Source of the DNA: Diadema antillarum
Taxonomy: Eukaryota
Direction: 5' to 3'
DNA: 64,000 bases
Assembly: GCF_040938485.1 (NCBI RefSeq)
Contig: NW_027271721.1
Span: forward strand, 1,550,001-1,614,000
The notes under the pieces were generated by a model. That model worked only from the letters and a program-made list of their open reading frames with translations. It did no database searches and had not been told where the DNA came from. This document shows, piece by piece, positions 51,880 to 62,396 of the stretch. Both the position numbers and the translations under genes were made by a program. How positions within the stretch are numbered: position 1 is the stretch's first letter; each line of letters begins with the position of its first letter.

Positions 51880-53173
51880 GCAGCAATTATACAAAAATTA
51901 ACAGTTTTACATACCGCAACACTTACCTAACTTCACAGTACAAACTTATAGTGACATGAGAGCAAACACAATATGAAAATCCTATAAAATATATGTTTAA
52001 GTCACCTAACAAATAAACAAAACTTTTACACTATACTTTCTCCAATTAACATCATAAATCAACATACATATACATGTACCTATGTCCATAAATGACTTAT
52101 ATGTAGGGTAACAAAAAACCAATATCACACCTTGTATCTTAAGAAATAACTGCTTACAATCTTCAACATGGGAACAATATGTTTTGCAAGCATCACACGG
52201 CACAAATAGCCATTTCTCGGTATCCTAAAAACTACATTGTATCAACTTTCATATACAAATATACCTTACTACTGCTGCTCAAACAATTATTATAAACAAA
52301 ATCTCAAAACAAAACAAATCATTGTTTTTAGTTTTGTTGTCTGTGACATCACCTACTAGTGCAACCAAAAAAAATTCCAAACCTTGAAAATATTGATAAG
52401 ACATCTGATCGCATCGGGCAAACATGAATATAAAGTGGATTAATCATAACTGAAAGAGAAATAAAGCTGGCACCATAGGAATGGGAGAAACTGAGGTGAC
52501 AGACGAAAAATATACCGACATACGTGTATCTAATAAAGAAGGCATGTGATTAGAAAAAGGGGGATGCATGAACAATTATAAAAGACATGTGTGAAACATT
52601 ATATTCTGTATAAGATACAATATAAACTGACTGTTAAAATCGTACTATACAGCACTTGGGAACAATAGCACAATTCGCCTTGACTAGCATTGTACAATAT
52701 CGGATAACAAACAAAACAGCTTGGTCCCAAGGACCTTATCATAAAGATTTCCCCTGCATAACAAAAACATGCCAGTAGCTAACACACATAATCTGCATGA
52801 TGTCAGACAACCTAATAAAACAAATAAAAAGAAGTCTCCTTCCTTGGAGGACCTTGATATAAAGAGTTTCCCCATAGAACAAAAATAAGCCTGTAGCTAG
52901 CACATATCATCAGGATGACCTATTAAACAACAAAAGAATGAATGTACATTGTATATAGTACATGTGAAACATAACATCAAATGTTTTATCAAAAATCACA
53001 GTCCTTGAAAAAAAAAATTACTAGCTGGGGGATCGAATGAGCACCAGGCACTAGTTACTACGCAAACTGTACATGGGTTGTCACATGATAGTGTAAAACA
53101 ACAAAGTTCAGACTACATTGTATGTCATTGACGAACAAAACCGGGGGGAGGGGGGGGGCCTCGAGGCACTGAT

Positions 53174-56100
53174 CTATTCGAGAACATAATCAGAGAGGTA
53201 AGGCGGGGCATGTCGGCTGCGATGGGGATATCGTCGGCTAGGTGAGGGCACACCAGGTGTCTGACAATTGTCTGGAGGAGCTGGTGGGGGTATAGGTTCA
53301 TCGTGTGGGGTAGACAGTTCATGTGGGATATCGGGGGGCTCCGGTGGCCGGAGGTCAGGTTGCACCGAAGTGATAGCACTGGGATGCAGAGGGGGCATGT
53401 GATCATCCGCTACTGTAGAAACCTCAGGAGGATGTGGCGGGGGCCTCGCTTGATCTGTTGCATCAACACTGGGTAGGTCGCTCACATCATCACCATCAGA
53501 TTCAGGGGACCGAGAAGGTAAAGTGGGGACATCGGACGGAACCTTCAGACAGTCAGAACGGCGCACACGGTAAGATGTGGACCGAAGTTGGTTACCGACG
53601 AACCTGCGAACGTTGCACCACTCATCCTCAACACTACAAACGAGGTAGCGGGGTCGGGAATGCATCTTGGAGCGATCCGTGCGGAGATAGACAAGATCAC
53701 CAACGTGAATGGTGATGTCTGGTGAAGGGGGCGGTCGTGTGGGTGCCTTTGACTTGACACTTGGAGCATGATTAGCACGACGTCGGTTGTGTTGAGTCAT
53801 GATGATATCTTGGTCTTTGATAGGGATCTGTTCACTTGTGAACTGATCACGTTGAGTCCAAAGCTCCCGAGCAGATAGGCCATTACCACGGAGCCGACTG
53901 TTGAGGCGATTTGTAGCAAAAGCAAGGGCAAGGGGGGTAACTGGGCCACCATGTGGATCATCACGGAGTAGTTCGTCTTCCAGTTCCCGTACTGCTTTTT
54001 CAGCGACAGGGTTCTTGTTGACGTTTGTGGGTTGACCAAGTTCGAGGGTAATCCCCTGTCTACGAAGCAACTCATCATTCCGGAGGGCTGCAAAGCCCGG
54101 GGCTGGATCTGTGCGCACTACAGCAAGAGGGCCCTCTAGCGGTCGTAAAGGTGGGCACAAATGGAGTAGAGCATTGCGGAGGGAGCCAGCACGTTCATCC
54201 GGGATCAGTATGCATGAGGTATACGATGTCACTGTCTCTCTGATGACGAATATGAGCTGTCGTGCACGCTTGATGACATCTGCCGCAAATGATACACCCA
54301 CCACACATGGCGGATCACTTGTGGATTGGGGTGTGGCAGCATGAGGCACATTCCGAAGTGAGAGACAGCAGTGGCAACCTAGGCTGACCTGCTGAATGGC
54401 AGCATCAAGGTCCAAGGCGTAGAAATACCGAGACACCACTTGTTTGAGCTGGTGTGGGGTAGGGTGACTCAGTTGGAGATGGAGGGCAGTGAGGATGCCA
54501 GGAAGCACCCTGCGGGGAACTACAATACGCTCTTGCCGTGGCTGGAACGCGCGTTCTTGCCGGACAACAAGGAGGCCGTCACTAGCAATGGTAGCGACCT
54601 GTAGGTAACGCTTCACATCGCGAATATCCGTCAATTTCTTTGAAGGGCGGGTACCCTGCTTGAGATGGGCATGTGTACGACGGAGGTCGGCGCATTCAGA
54701 TTGAATCCGTGCCCACGCATTGCGGGATGTGAATGGCATGCGTGTACGTCCAGACAGAACTTCGTCTATGGTATTGCGGTGAACAGCGGCGCCCTCCAAC
54801 TGAGCAATGAAAGAGCAAATCTGACACTTGGGCTCTTGACATGGAGGAGCATTCCTACTGGCAAAATCAGCTGGTACATTCGCAGAGCCAGCTAGATGGC
54901 GAATGGATACCTGGTACCTACTCACAGTTGTTAGGAATGTGGAGACTCTGGGACTAGCAGAAAATTCTCCACGGCACAGCTTTTCATAGGCCTGAACACA
55001 TGGTTTGCTGTCAGTAAGGATACAGACAGGGTGATGTGACTGAATAATGAACGGGCTGAAATGCTTGGTGGCAGTGGCGATTGACAATGCCTCCACCTCA
55101 CAGGGGAGCCAGGTGACTTGGCGGCCATGCAGCTTAGCACTAAAAAAACCAGCCACAAGGGGTTTCTTATCTCTTGTCACATACATGGTGGCACCGAGGC
55201 CATGTTTCTTGACTGACCCATCTGTGACAATCCACAACTGGTCGGAGGGGCGTGGCAGAGTGATAGTCCGTGAAGACTGAATGGCGGACTGAGCCTTGGT
55301 GAATGCACCATGCAACTCATCTGTCCAGTGGATGCGGTCTTGAGACTTTAGGCCAGCAATAGAATCGTCAAGGGGGCTCACGTACGAAGCACAGCTGGGG
55401 AGCACACGAGCAAGCATCTTGTACGCGCCAATAAACGATCTCATGCCCTTCACCGTAGTAGGAGGGGAGCAGGTTGACAATGTTGTCATCCTGTGTGGAC
55501 TTGCACGGAGGGTTCCTTCAGACCAGATCCACCCTAGGATAGTTGTAGTCCTGGGACAGACAGTAGTCTTGGTCGGGGACAGGTGAAGGCCATTGGCAGC
55601 TAGGGCCTGCAGTACCCGCGACCAGTTCTGCAGCAAGGATTGTGGTGTGTCGGCACCACAGTACAGATCATCTGCCAACTTGACAACAACGCCTTCAACC
55701 AACAAGTCTCCAAGCACGCGACACATCATTTCCTCCAAGGCAGTCTCAGAGCCTGGCATACCCATGGCACAACGGGTGTATACCCGGATACCTCGGAAGG
55801 GTGTAGCAACACCACAGTATTTCATGGACTCCTTTGAAAGGGGTATCTGATAGAATGCACTGGCAAGGTCTGATGCAACAATGTACTTCCACTGACCAAC
55901 TTTACGCAATGTAGAATCAACATCAGGGAGCACCGAGGGCTGAGGCTTGGAATAACGACCTACATCAGCAAAGGCTGTGACTAGCCGGTGACCGCCATTG
56001 GGTTTCTTGACCAAGAAGGATGGGTTGACATATTCAACAGTGACACCAATATCCTCTGGACGAGCAAAAACACCAAGTTTCTCCAGGTCATCAAATTTAT

Positions 56101-58132
56101 CCTGCAACTCGACAAGCTTGTCATGGGAATACAAGGGGAGCCGCCCTTTGCGCTGAGGTGGTTGGACTGGGCCCATGTTCACAACAGCCTGGAATGGTCC
56201 AGAAGCACCGTTATAACCCTTGTAAGAGGAGCTAAACACACTGTCACACTTGGCATGAAGTGCCTGGAAAGCATGCCTAGTCTGTGCTGGGAGAATCCCA
56301 TCTGGATCGAGAATCACTGATTCAGCAGACTGGGCAGAGGAGCCTTCCCCACGGGGCGGGGTGGGGGGCGCTGCAAGCCGACCTGTGATGGGTGGGGTAG
56401 ACAGACCTGTATCCTCCATACACATGGGGCTGACCTGACACAAATGCGAATTGCGCCGAATAATACAGGGCGCCTCAGACAGATTGGGAATGCGGATCTT
56501 ACCAGCGATACTCGGGACCACCTGGGGAACCGGGAAAAATTCTGGCAGGGAGGGAGTAGGAGGAGAGTCTGTGCGAGGCTCTAACACAAAGGTCTCCTCA
56601 TCTGCAAACTGGGGAGGCAAGGCAAGCTCAAGGAATTCTCCTGGCCAGAGAGTCATGGTTTTAGAAGGAGCTCGGAGAACGTGGGCACGCCTAACAGCAT
56701 GGCCAACTTTTGACTTCCCAGTGGAACCATAGGAGTACACAGTGCCATCATCCAATGATATCTGCCGCTTAGCTGGTCGAATAGCCACATCATTGCGCTC
56801 CATAAATGGGGTCCCAGCAAGGACCTCAACATCCAAATTCTCCACAACCAAGCCCTCAAAATGGAAAACATGACTATCACGAGACAACGTGAGACGGGTT
56901 TCACCAACGACCTCCAAGGGGGATGATCCATCGGCTTGGTGGGCAGACTGGGATGTGGGAGCCACAATACATCCTAGTGCATGTGCTGTAGAGGCCCGCA
57001 TCATGTTCCCAGTTGCACCGCTGTCAACAGTGACACGAACAACATGATGATTGTAAAAAGCGTCAAAGTAAGGAGACTGACGCACCTGAACACGGAGTGT
57101 AGCAGGGGAGTCTCTGGAGTCTGGCCCAGACACCGCATCTGGGTCAACCTGAGTGTCCTGGGGTTCAATGTCATCCGCAAGCATCTCGTCACTATCAAAA
57201 ATCTTAGCAACCTGGCGGGCTTTAGCCATGTACTGCCTATCAGATTCTGGGAGGTAGGGGCATACACTAAGAAAGTGATTGCTGGGGCGGCCAGCCTGGA
57301 GACAGAGGGGGCATGACCTAGTAGGCTTAGCGCGAGGTCGAACACGAGATTGTGGTTGAGCGCGCCTAGGGTTAGATTGATTGCGATTGCGCGGAGGAAG
57401 GGCAGCGGCACGCATGGCCCTAGAACACTCAACTGACTCAAGGAGACTAGTGAGGGCCTGAGATATTTCAGGCTTAAGAGAAGCAAGGGTACGTGAGCGG
57501 AGCTCTGTGCCGTACCGCTGTTTGACTAGCTGGGGGAGATCAGGATGAAGCAATTGGAGCCAATGCAACACTATGAAATTTTCGATAGTTGGAGTGAGTT
57601 CTTCGTCTTCTGTAATGGTATCGCCATGGTGAGTAATACCTCCACCTGAGGTCAGCAGGTTATCCTCTACAAAGGCAAGTATCCTTTGGTACAAGTCCTC
57701 TGGCCGTTCATCACTTTCCAACTTGATGTTAGAAAAATCAAGAAAATGGGCACCGGTAGACTGAAAACCGTAATGGAGACGAATTTTCGACCAAATGTCA
57801 TTGAGTGAAGTGGAACTGCGGACTATACAGTTCCTCGCAATCACAGGACAGAAATTGGCAATCTGTCCTAGCATTAAATCAAGCATGACAGCCTTTTGCT
57901 GAGCTGTTTTGCGAGAATCTGTGGGGACAGAGCTAGTGTCATCAACAAAGCCCCGATTAGGATTTGTCTTGGTCTTTTTGGACCATGTCACTGACTCGCC
58001 TAGGAAGGGTGCAAAGTGCTGGTCGAGATTTAGGGTGTACAGGAGATTCTGTCTCCAACTCTCAAACGAGGTGATGGTTTCTATTTTACCCAAGCACCAT
58101 TGCTTTGGCACTTTGGCCGTAGCACACGCCAT
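53174..58132 (-). CDS. gag-pol: 1652-aa Gag-Pol polyprotein
   Basis: Gag with Zn knuckle CPLC-x7-H-x4-C (57260-57313). Protease VDSG (Asp codon 57023-57025). RT motifs DLASAFYQIPL, MGMPGS and KLADDLY (55667-55678). RNase H TDGS / CEVEAL / TDSKP / ADFASR. Integrase HLQLSH...CHCC, FAAD, RTDP, NPVAE. No stops or frameshifts. Confidence 0.97.
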   Translation of the reverse strand: MACATAKVPKQWCLGKIETITSFESWRQNLLYTLNLDQHFAPFLGESVTWSKKTKTNPNRGFVDDTSSVPTDSRKTAQQKAVMLDLMLGQIANFCPVIARNCIVRSSTSLNDIWSKIRLHYGFQSTGAHFLDFSNIKLESDERPEDLYQRILAFVEDNLLTSGGGITHHGDTITEDEELTPTIENFIVLHWLQLLHPDLPQLVKQRYGTELRSRTLASLKPEISQALTSLLESVECSRAMRAAALPPRNRNQSNPRRAQPQSRVRPRAKPTRSCPLCLQAGRPSNHFLSVCPYLPESDRQYMAKARQVAKIFDSDEMLADDIEPQDTQVDPDAVSGPDSRDSPATLRVQVRQSPYFDAFYNHHVVRVTVDSGATGNMMRASTAHALGCIVAPTSQSAHQADGSSPLEVVGETRLTLSRDSHVFHFEGLVVENLDVEVLAGTPFMERNDVAIRPAKRQISLDDGTVYSYGSTGKSKVGHAVRRAHVLRAPSKTMTLWPGEFLELALPPQFADEETFVLEPRTDSPPTPSLPEFFPVPQVVPSIAGKIRIPNLSEAPCIIRRNSHLCQVSPMCMEDTGLSTPPITGRLAAPPTPPRGEGSSAQSAESVILDPDGILPAQTRHAFQALHAKCDSVFSSSYKGYNGASGPFQAVVNMGPVQPPQRKGRLPLYSHDKLVELQDKFDDLEKLGVFARPEDIGVTVEYVNPSFLVKKPNGGHRLVTAFADVGRYSKPQPSVLPDVDSTLRKVGQWKYIVASDLASAFYQIPLSKESMKYCGVATPFRGIRVYTRCAMGMPGSETALEEMMCRVLGDLLVEGVVVKLADDLYCGADTPQSLLQNWSRVLQALAANGLHLSPTKTTVCPRTTTILGWIWSEGTLRASPHRMTTLSTCSPPTTVKGMRSFIGAYKMLARVLPSCASYVSPLDDSIAGLKSQDRIHWTDELHGAFTKAQSAIQSSRTITLPRPSDQLWIVTDGSVKKHGLGATMYVTRDKKPLVAGFFSAKLHGRQVTWLPCEVEALSIATATKHFSPFIIQSHHPVCILTDSKPCVQAYEKLCRGEFSASPRVSTFLTTVSRYQVSIRHLAGSANVPADFASRNAPPCQEPKCQICSFIAQLEGAAVHRNTIDEVLSGRTRMPFTSRNAWARIQSECADLRRTHAHLKQGTRPSKKLTDIRDVKRYLQVATIASDGLLVVRQERAFQPRQERIVVPRRVLPGILTALHLQLSHPTPHQLKQVVSRYFYALDLDAAIQQVSLGCHCCLSLRNVPHAATPQSTSDPPCVVGVSFAADVIKRARQLIFVIRETVTSYTSCILIPDERAGSLRNALLHLCPPLRPLEGPLAVVRTDPAPGFAALRNDELLRRQGITLELGQPTNVNKNPVAEKAVRELEDELLRDDPHGGPVTPLALAFATNRLNSRLRGNGLSARELWTQRDQFTSEQIPIKDQDIIMTQHNRRRANHAPSVKSKAPTRPPPSPDITIHVGDLVYLRTDRSKMHSRPRYLVCSVEDEWCNVRRFVGNQLRSTSYRVRRSDCLKVPSDVPTLPSRSPESDGDDVSDLPSVDATDQARPPPHPPEVSTVADDHMPPLHPSAITSVQPDLRPPEPPDIPHELSTPHDEPIPPPAPPDNCQTPGVPSPSRRYPHRSRHAPPYLSDYVLE

Positions 58133-58286
58133 TGTGGGTGTGTGGGACTGTACCGTACAAACAAACTAGTTGCTATTGAAGTCCTAAGTAAAAACTTACG
58201 TTTACGGTGGACTTGGCTGTTTTATTTCAGCAGAATTTCTTCCTGTGATGGGCAAGATTTAACTTAGGCTGTGGGTAGTATTCCAG

Positions 58287-58297
58287 CGCTGCCACCA
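58287..58297 (-). promoter_or_regulatory. Primer-binding site of element B (tRNA-Leu type)
   Basis: Sense TGGTGGCAGCG(CTGGAA) directly after the 5' LTR, compared with TGGTGGCAGCGGTGGGA expected for tRNA-Leu(AAG/UAG). Confidence 0.85.
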
Positions 58298-58446
58298 CGC
58301 AATTATGGAGAAACACAACGTTAGTTTGTTGATACTTGGAGGAGCATTTATTCAACGAACCATGGCAGTGGTACAAGTCACAGTTATACTGCTTATTATC
58401 ATAGATGGCGCTATTGCATATCAATTCAACAACACCTTAACTGGCG
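58298..58446 (-). repeat. 5' LTR of element B
   Basis: Direct repeat of 51711-51859 with one difference (CGCAATTATGG vs CGCAATTAAGG on the + strand). Confidence 0.95.
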
Positions 58447-59290
58447 AAGTATATAATATCAACACATTAAAATTCTCCATTTTTCCATATAACAAGCCAG
58501 TCACATCATTATTAAATAGTTTGATTCAAATAGATTTGGCCATGTGGAAATTTTCATTTATATCAGTTATGTTATGGGTAGCATAGAAAAAGAACAAAAG
58601 AAAAGAAAAGAGGAAAAATCCAGATTCATTACAGTTCTCAACATTCCTTTTGTTATTTTGGTCAGAAAAAAAAGGTTCAGTTTAGAAATCAATCATGTAA
58701 CGAAAATTAGATAAACAAAATATCGTTTTATATTTAGATCTATAACTGCATTACAAATATGCAATTAATATCTCAGTTGTGCTGGGACTAAATTCTTTGC
58801 CTGAAGTAAGCATATTTTCATTTTGTATTTTTTTTTTCAGAGTCCATTCTGATACGGTACCCATTTGCCTGATGTAATTTTTGTAAAGCAATATGCAAAG
58901 CACTAGAATATCAAAACACTAGGTACCCTGAGGGTACCTACTTTTCTTGCCATATTCATCATTTCTTCCTCCAAAGTGAATTATATGAGAGAGCAATCTT
59001 ATTTGCTTCGTGTCATGCATATTTAGATTTTTGCTATTTGTTGTTTTCCTTACATTTTTCTTTTATTCTGATATATTTTCTTTACATGTCACTGTTCCAA
59101 ATGTCTTGAGTTCATGAAGGAAATGATATTTGGTGCATAGCCAGTTAGACAAAAGAAATCCTAAAATGTTTATAAAAAAGGGTATTTGTAGTCATAAATG
59201 CTCTATTTTTATATCAGTGGGTATAAAATGTTGAAAGGCCTCATGGTACACACATGTCCAGTCAGTGTGAAAGCTTGTGGTAGAAGGATT

Positions 59291-59497
59291 CTGTAAAACC
59301 TGATATATTCGTGGCATGAAATTTTCGCGAATTGGAGCTGGCGGCCTTTTTTGTGGCATGAAATTTTCGCAAATCGCCACTGGCATTCAATGCATATAGT
59401 GTAGACAAGAACTTTCCCATGCATTTTAATTTCGTGAATCTTGGCGCTCACGAAATTCGTGACTTTAAAATGCACGCAAACATTCCTCGTTTTACAG
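59291..59497. mobile_element. ~205-bp Tc1/pogo-type MITE
   Basis: CTGTAAAAC ... GTTTTACAG|TA; four family members in the window. Confidence 0.85.
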
Positions 59498-62262
59498 TAT
59501 ATAGGCACCATGTCCCATCACCAATATGTTGGCATGGAGGGAAGTTATTGATCAACCCCGGTATTATTTGACAGAATGCTCATATCATGGCTCTTTGAGG
59601 CCATCACTGAATGAAGTGGGACGAGGAAAATTTCATGCATGTTAATGAGTGTCTGGTTAAAAGTCATCGCAGGAATGGGTGTGGGCCTCGACCTTGTATA
59701 GTGTGCAAGATTGGTCCATGATCACATCTACCGATGCATTAGCCCCTGTTTTTTTTTTTTTTATTTCATTTCATTTGGACCATTTCACTGTCAACACAGG
59801 TAATTGCACAAATCTTTTTTATATTCAGCACCATTGCTGATGACCCTTACCTAATAGGATAATGTCAATTTTAACCATTGATATTGAACAGGAAAGAGAG
59901 AAAGAATGTCAATCTGTAGTTAGCAAGTATTTATTCTGGTTCTAACAATGCCAAAACTTGTTTTGCTATGCATTGATTATGAAGACCATTGTTTAATGGT
60001 GAAGAAATTATAAATAACTACGAGCTATTAAGTATATACTAGCAGAACACGTCTGTTTTGCTACTTCAGTAGGTCATATGTACCATCCAATACCCTAATA
60101 AAACTATTGTGTATCTGGAATAGAAGGTATAACGCATAGACCATGCTGCCTTGATTAAGGATGATATATAGTATTTCACCCGCCCTAGTTATTTCTGCCA
60201 TTTGTGAATTTATTGTTCGACGGATGTGATGATTTATGAGTGCCCTATGATTCCTCCCTCCTTCTATATACAAAGTGTAGACTGGTCTTCTGATGCAAGC
60301 TCACACATAAACTATACAGGCACATTGCAAGTCTTCTTTATCATCCTCTGGTTTTATGCTATTTTGTATGGTATTCACGAGATGAAAGCCTCCTTTTTGT
60401 GATAAATTTTGTCAGAAGTTGTCAGTGGGTATTGCGCTAGAACATATAGATTGTATCAAAAGGTGATTAACTTGAGGTGGGGGTTGGGGGTTATGTAGTG
60501 TTTGAATGTTATGTCATCTATTTTTTTTTAATACACAAAGCATCTTGTAGTCATATGCTAAATTGATCAATTTTATTGTTAGTTTTAAAATGACGAAAGA
60601 CGGGGAGTGTTTATTTTATGACTCATTACTTAAGTCACAAGTAGTTAGTCTCCATCGGATGCTCTATGATGCAAACTTTGAATGATTAATTTTAAATTTT
60701 AAAGACATTAACTATTCAAATGCAAATATGTGATGAAGCAGTGACATTTACCCCTCTCAATTACATACTTGGTGGGTTTCATTTGTGTGTGTATAACTGT
60801 TTATGTGTTTATAATAATTCATAAACAGACAGAATTACCTCTAAAAAGACTAGCTTGACAACTACAATGTCCACCTGTTTTCAAGTGTGTTATTTATTGA
60901 TGACATTGACTGATAGATCTTTTTGTGCATATATCAAGGACAATTCTTTTCTTTATTTGCCAATAATAGTGATGCTGGTAACAAACAGCATGTTACATCT
61001 ATTGTCAAATTTTACTGTTGCAAGGAATAACATATTATGTTATGAAACTTCAAACCACCAAGCAAAATATATTCCCTTATCTATCTTCGCAAATTGCCTA
61101 ATTCACATTTCAATTGTTCAATTTGGAACATTGTGTGAAGAATAATGGCTAGTTACTTTCAGCACAAGTGTGTATATATAGTAGAAATTAGCAGGGGGGG
61201 GTGGAGTGATACTGTAATATCTGATCACCCGGGTCACTGCTGTGTGAATTAAGCATAATCGGCTTCTCATTTGGACAAGGTTAATGTACTTTGCTGGGTA
61301 TTCGATCAGCCCTTGCTTTGGAGTTAGCAGGGTAGATCAATGAAAGCTGATAATCAATTCATGCAAATTCAGAAAATGCCTCAAAACACTTTTGTGAGGC
61401 TGGAACATCAAGTGTGTGAGTACAGAGCAAGGCAAAGAAAAATGTTGGTGTGTGGATGATAAACAAAAAGAGTAACTTCATATCAAGAGAAGATAAATTC
61501 AAACAAAGACATGACCCATAAAGTCAGGTTTGGATCTGTCCTGATGTGTTACTCTGTAGAAAAAAATATGTCAAATAAACTTTTTGTGATCATGTTTATG
61601 TCATTTAATTATTACTTAATCGTGACAAACAGATTTGGTTATGCGTGTTTGATATCCAATAACAGGACATTCCAAAATCCACACTTGGACACTGGTGTGA
61701 GTATATGCACTGAAAATCATGGATATATCATGCCATACATATCTACATGTATGTGTGACATGTATTTGTGGTACATCATCACGTTACAGGCATAAAGTCA
61801 GAGATCATCTAAGGAAGAAAAATGTGCATAAAGCAGACTTTGGCAATATACCCTTTATAATTACTAACTCTTAATCGAAAAAATATCCTTGTAAGGAGGT
61901 AGAGCAAATCATATAATTACTGGCTTCACATCTAACAAATCCATATCTGCCCAAAACCAGAAAATTATTTTCTTGATATCATATGGCTTTCATGATGACA
62001 CATCACATTATTATGTGTTTACATGTTATGTTGCTGTGTTTTATTGATATCCACAAAATTGTCCACAATTCACTTGACAGTTGACAAAAATAGCAATGAA
62101 TTGCCTACTTCTTATCAAGCACAAATAACGTGTAATAAAGCACAGGCTAATGTGGTCATCAGCATTTGTTCTCATGCATGGTTACATGCACTGATGATAG
62201 CCATCATTCAAGTACTGGACTGGATTTAATGATAGTAGTGGCAGTTTCCATTGCAGTCAGGG

Positions 62263-62396
62263 NNNNNNNNNNNNNNNNNNNNNNNNNNNNNNNNNNNNNN
62301 NNNNNNNNNNNNNNNNNNNNNNNNNNNNNNNNNNNNNNNNNNNNNNNNNNNNNNNNNNNNNNNNNNNNNNNNNNNNNNNNNNNNNNNNNNNNNNNN
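62263..62396. other. Assembly gap (N run)
   Basis: Direct reading. Confidence 1.

Larger units (their letters stand above)
51711..58446 (-). mobile_element. Element B: full-length Troyka-like (Gypsy-order) LTR retrotransposon, 6736 bp
   Basis: 149-bp LTRs differing at 1 position, CG...CG ends, 3-bp TSD AAG (51708-51710, 58447-58449), PBS, PPT, and an intact gag-pol ORF in PR-RT-RH-IN order. Confidence 0.96.

Noticed and set aside
51739-51930. Hydrophobic ORFs over element B's LTRs (also 58305-58586)
   Set aside because: Antisense readings of the LTR with non-ATG or chance starts that run into different flanks.
52860-52920. Hammerhead ribozyme: the - strand has CTGATGA followed later by GAAA
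   Set aside because: No stem II can be formed between the two motifs, and stems I and III are not evident.
53434-58169. Many short + strand and alternative-frame ORFs within gag-pol
   Set aside because: Expected shadows of a GC-rich coding region; no recognisable motifs.
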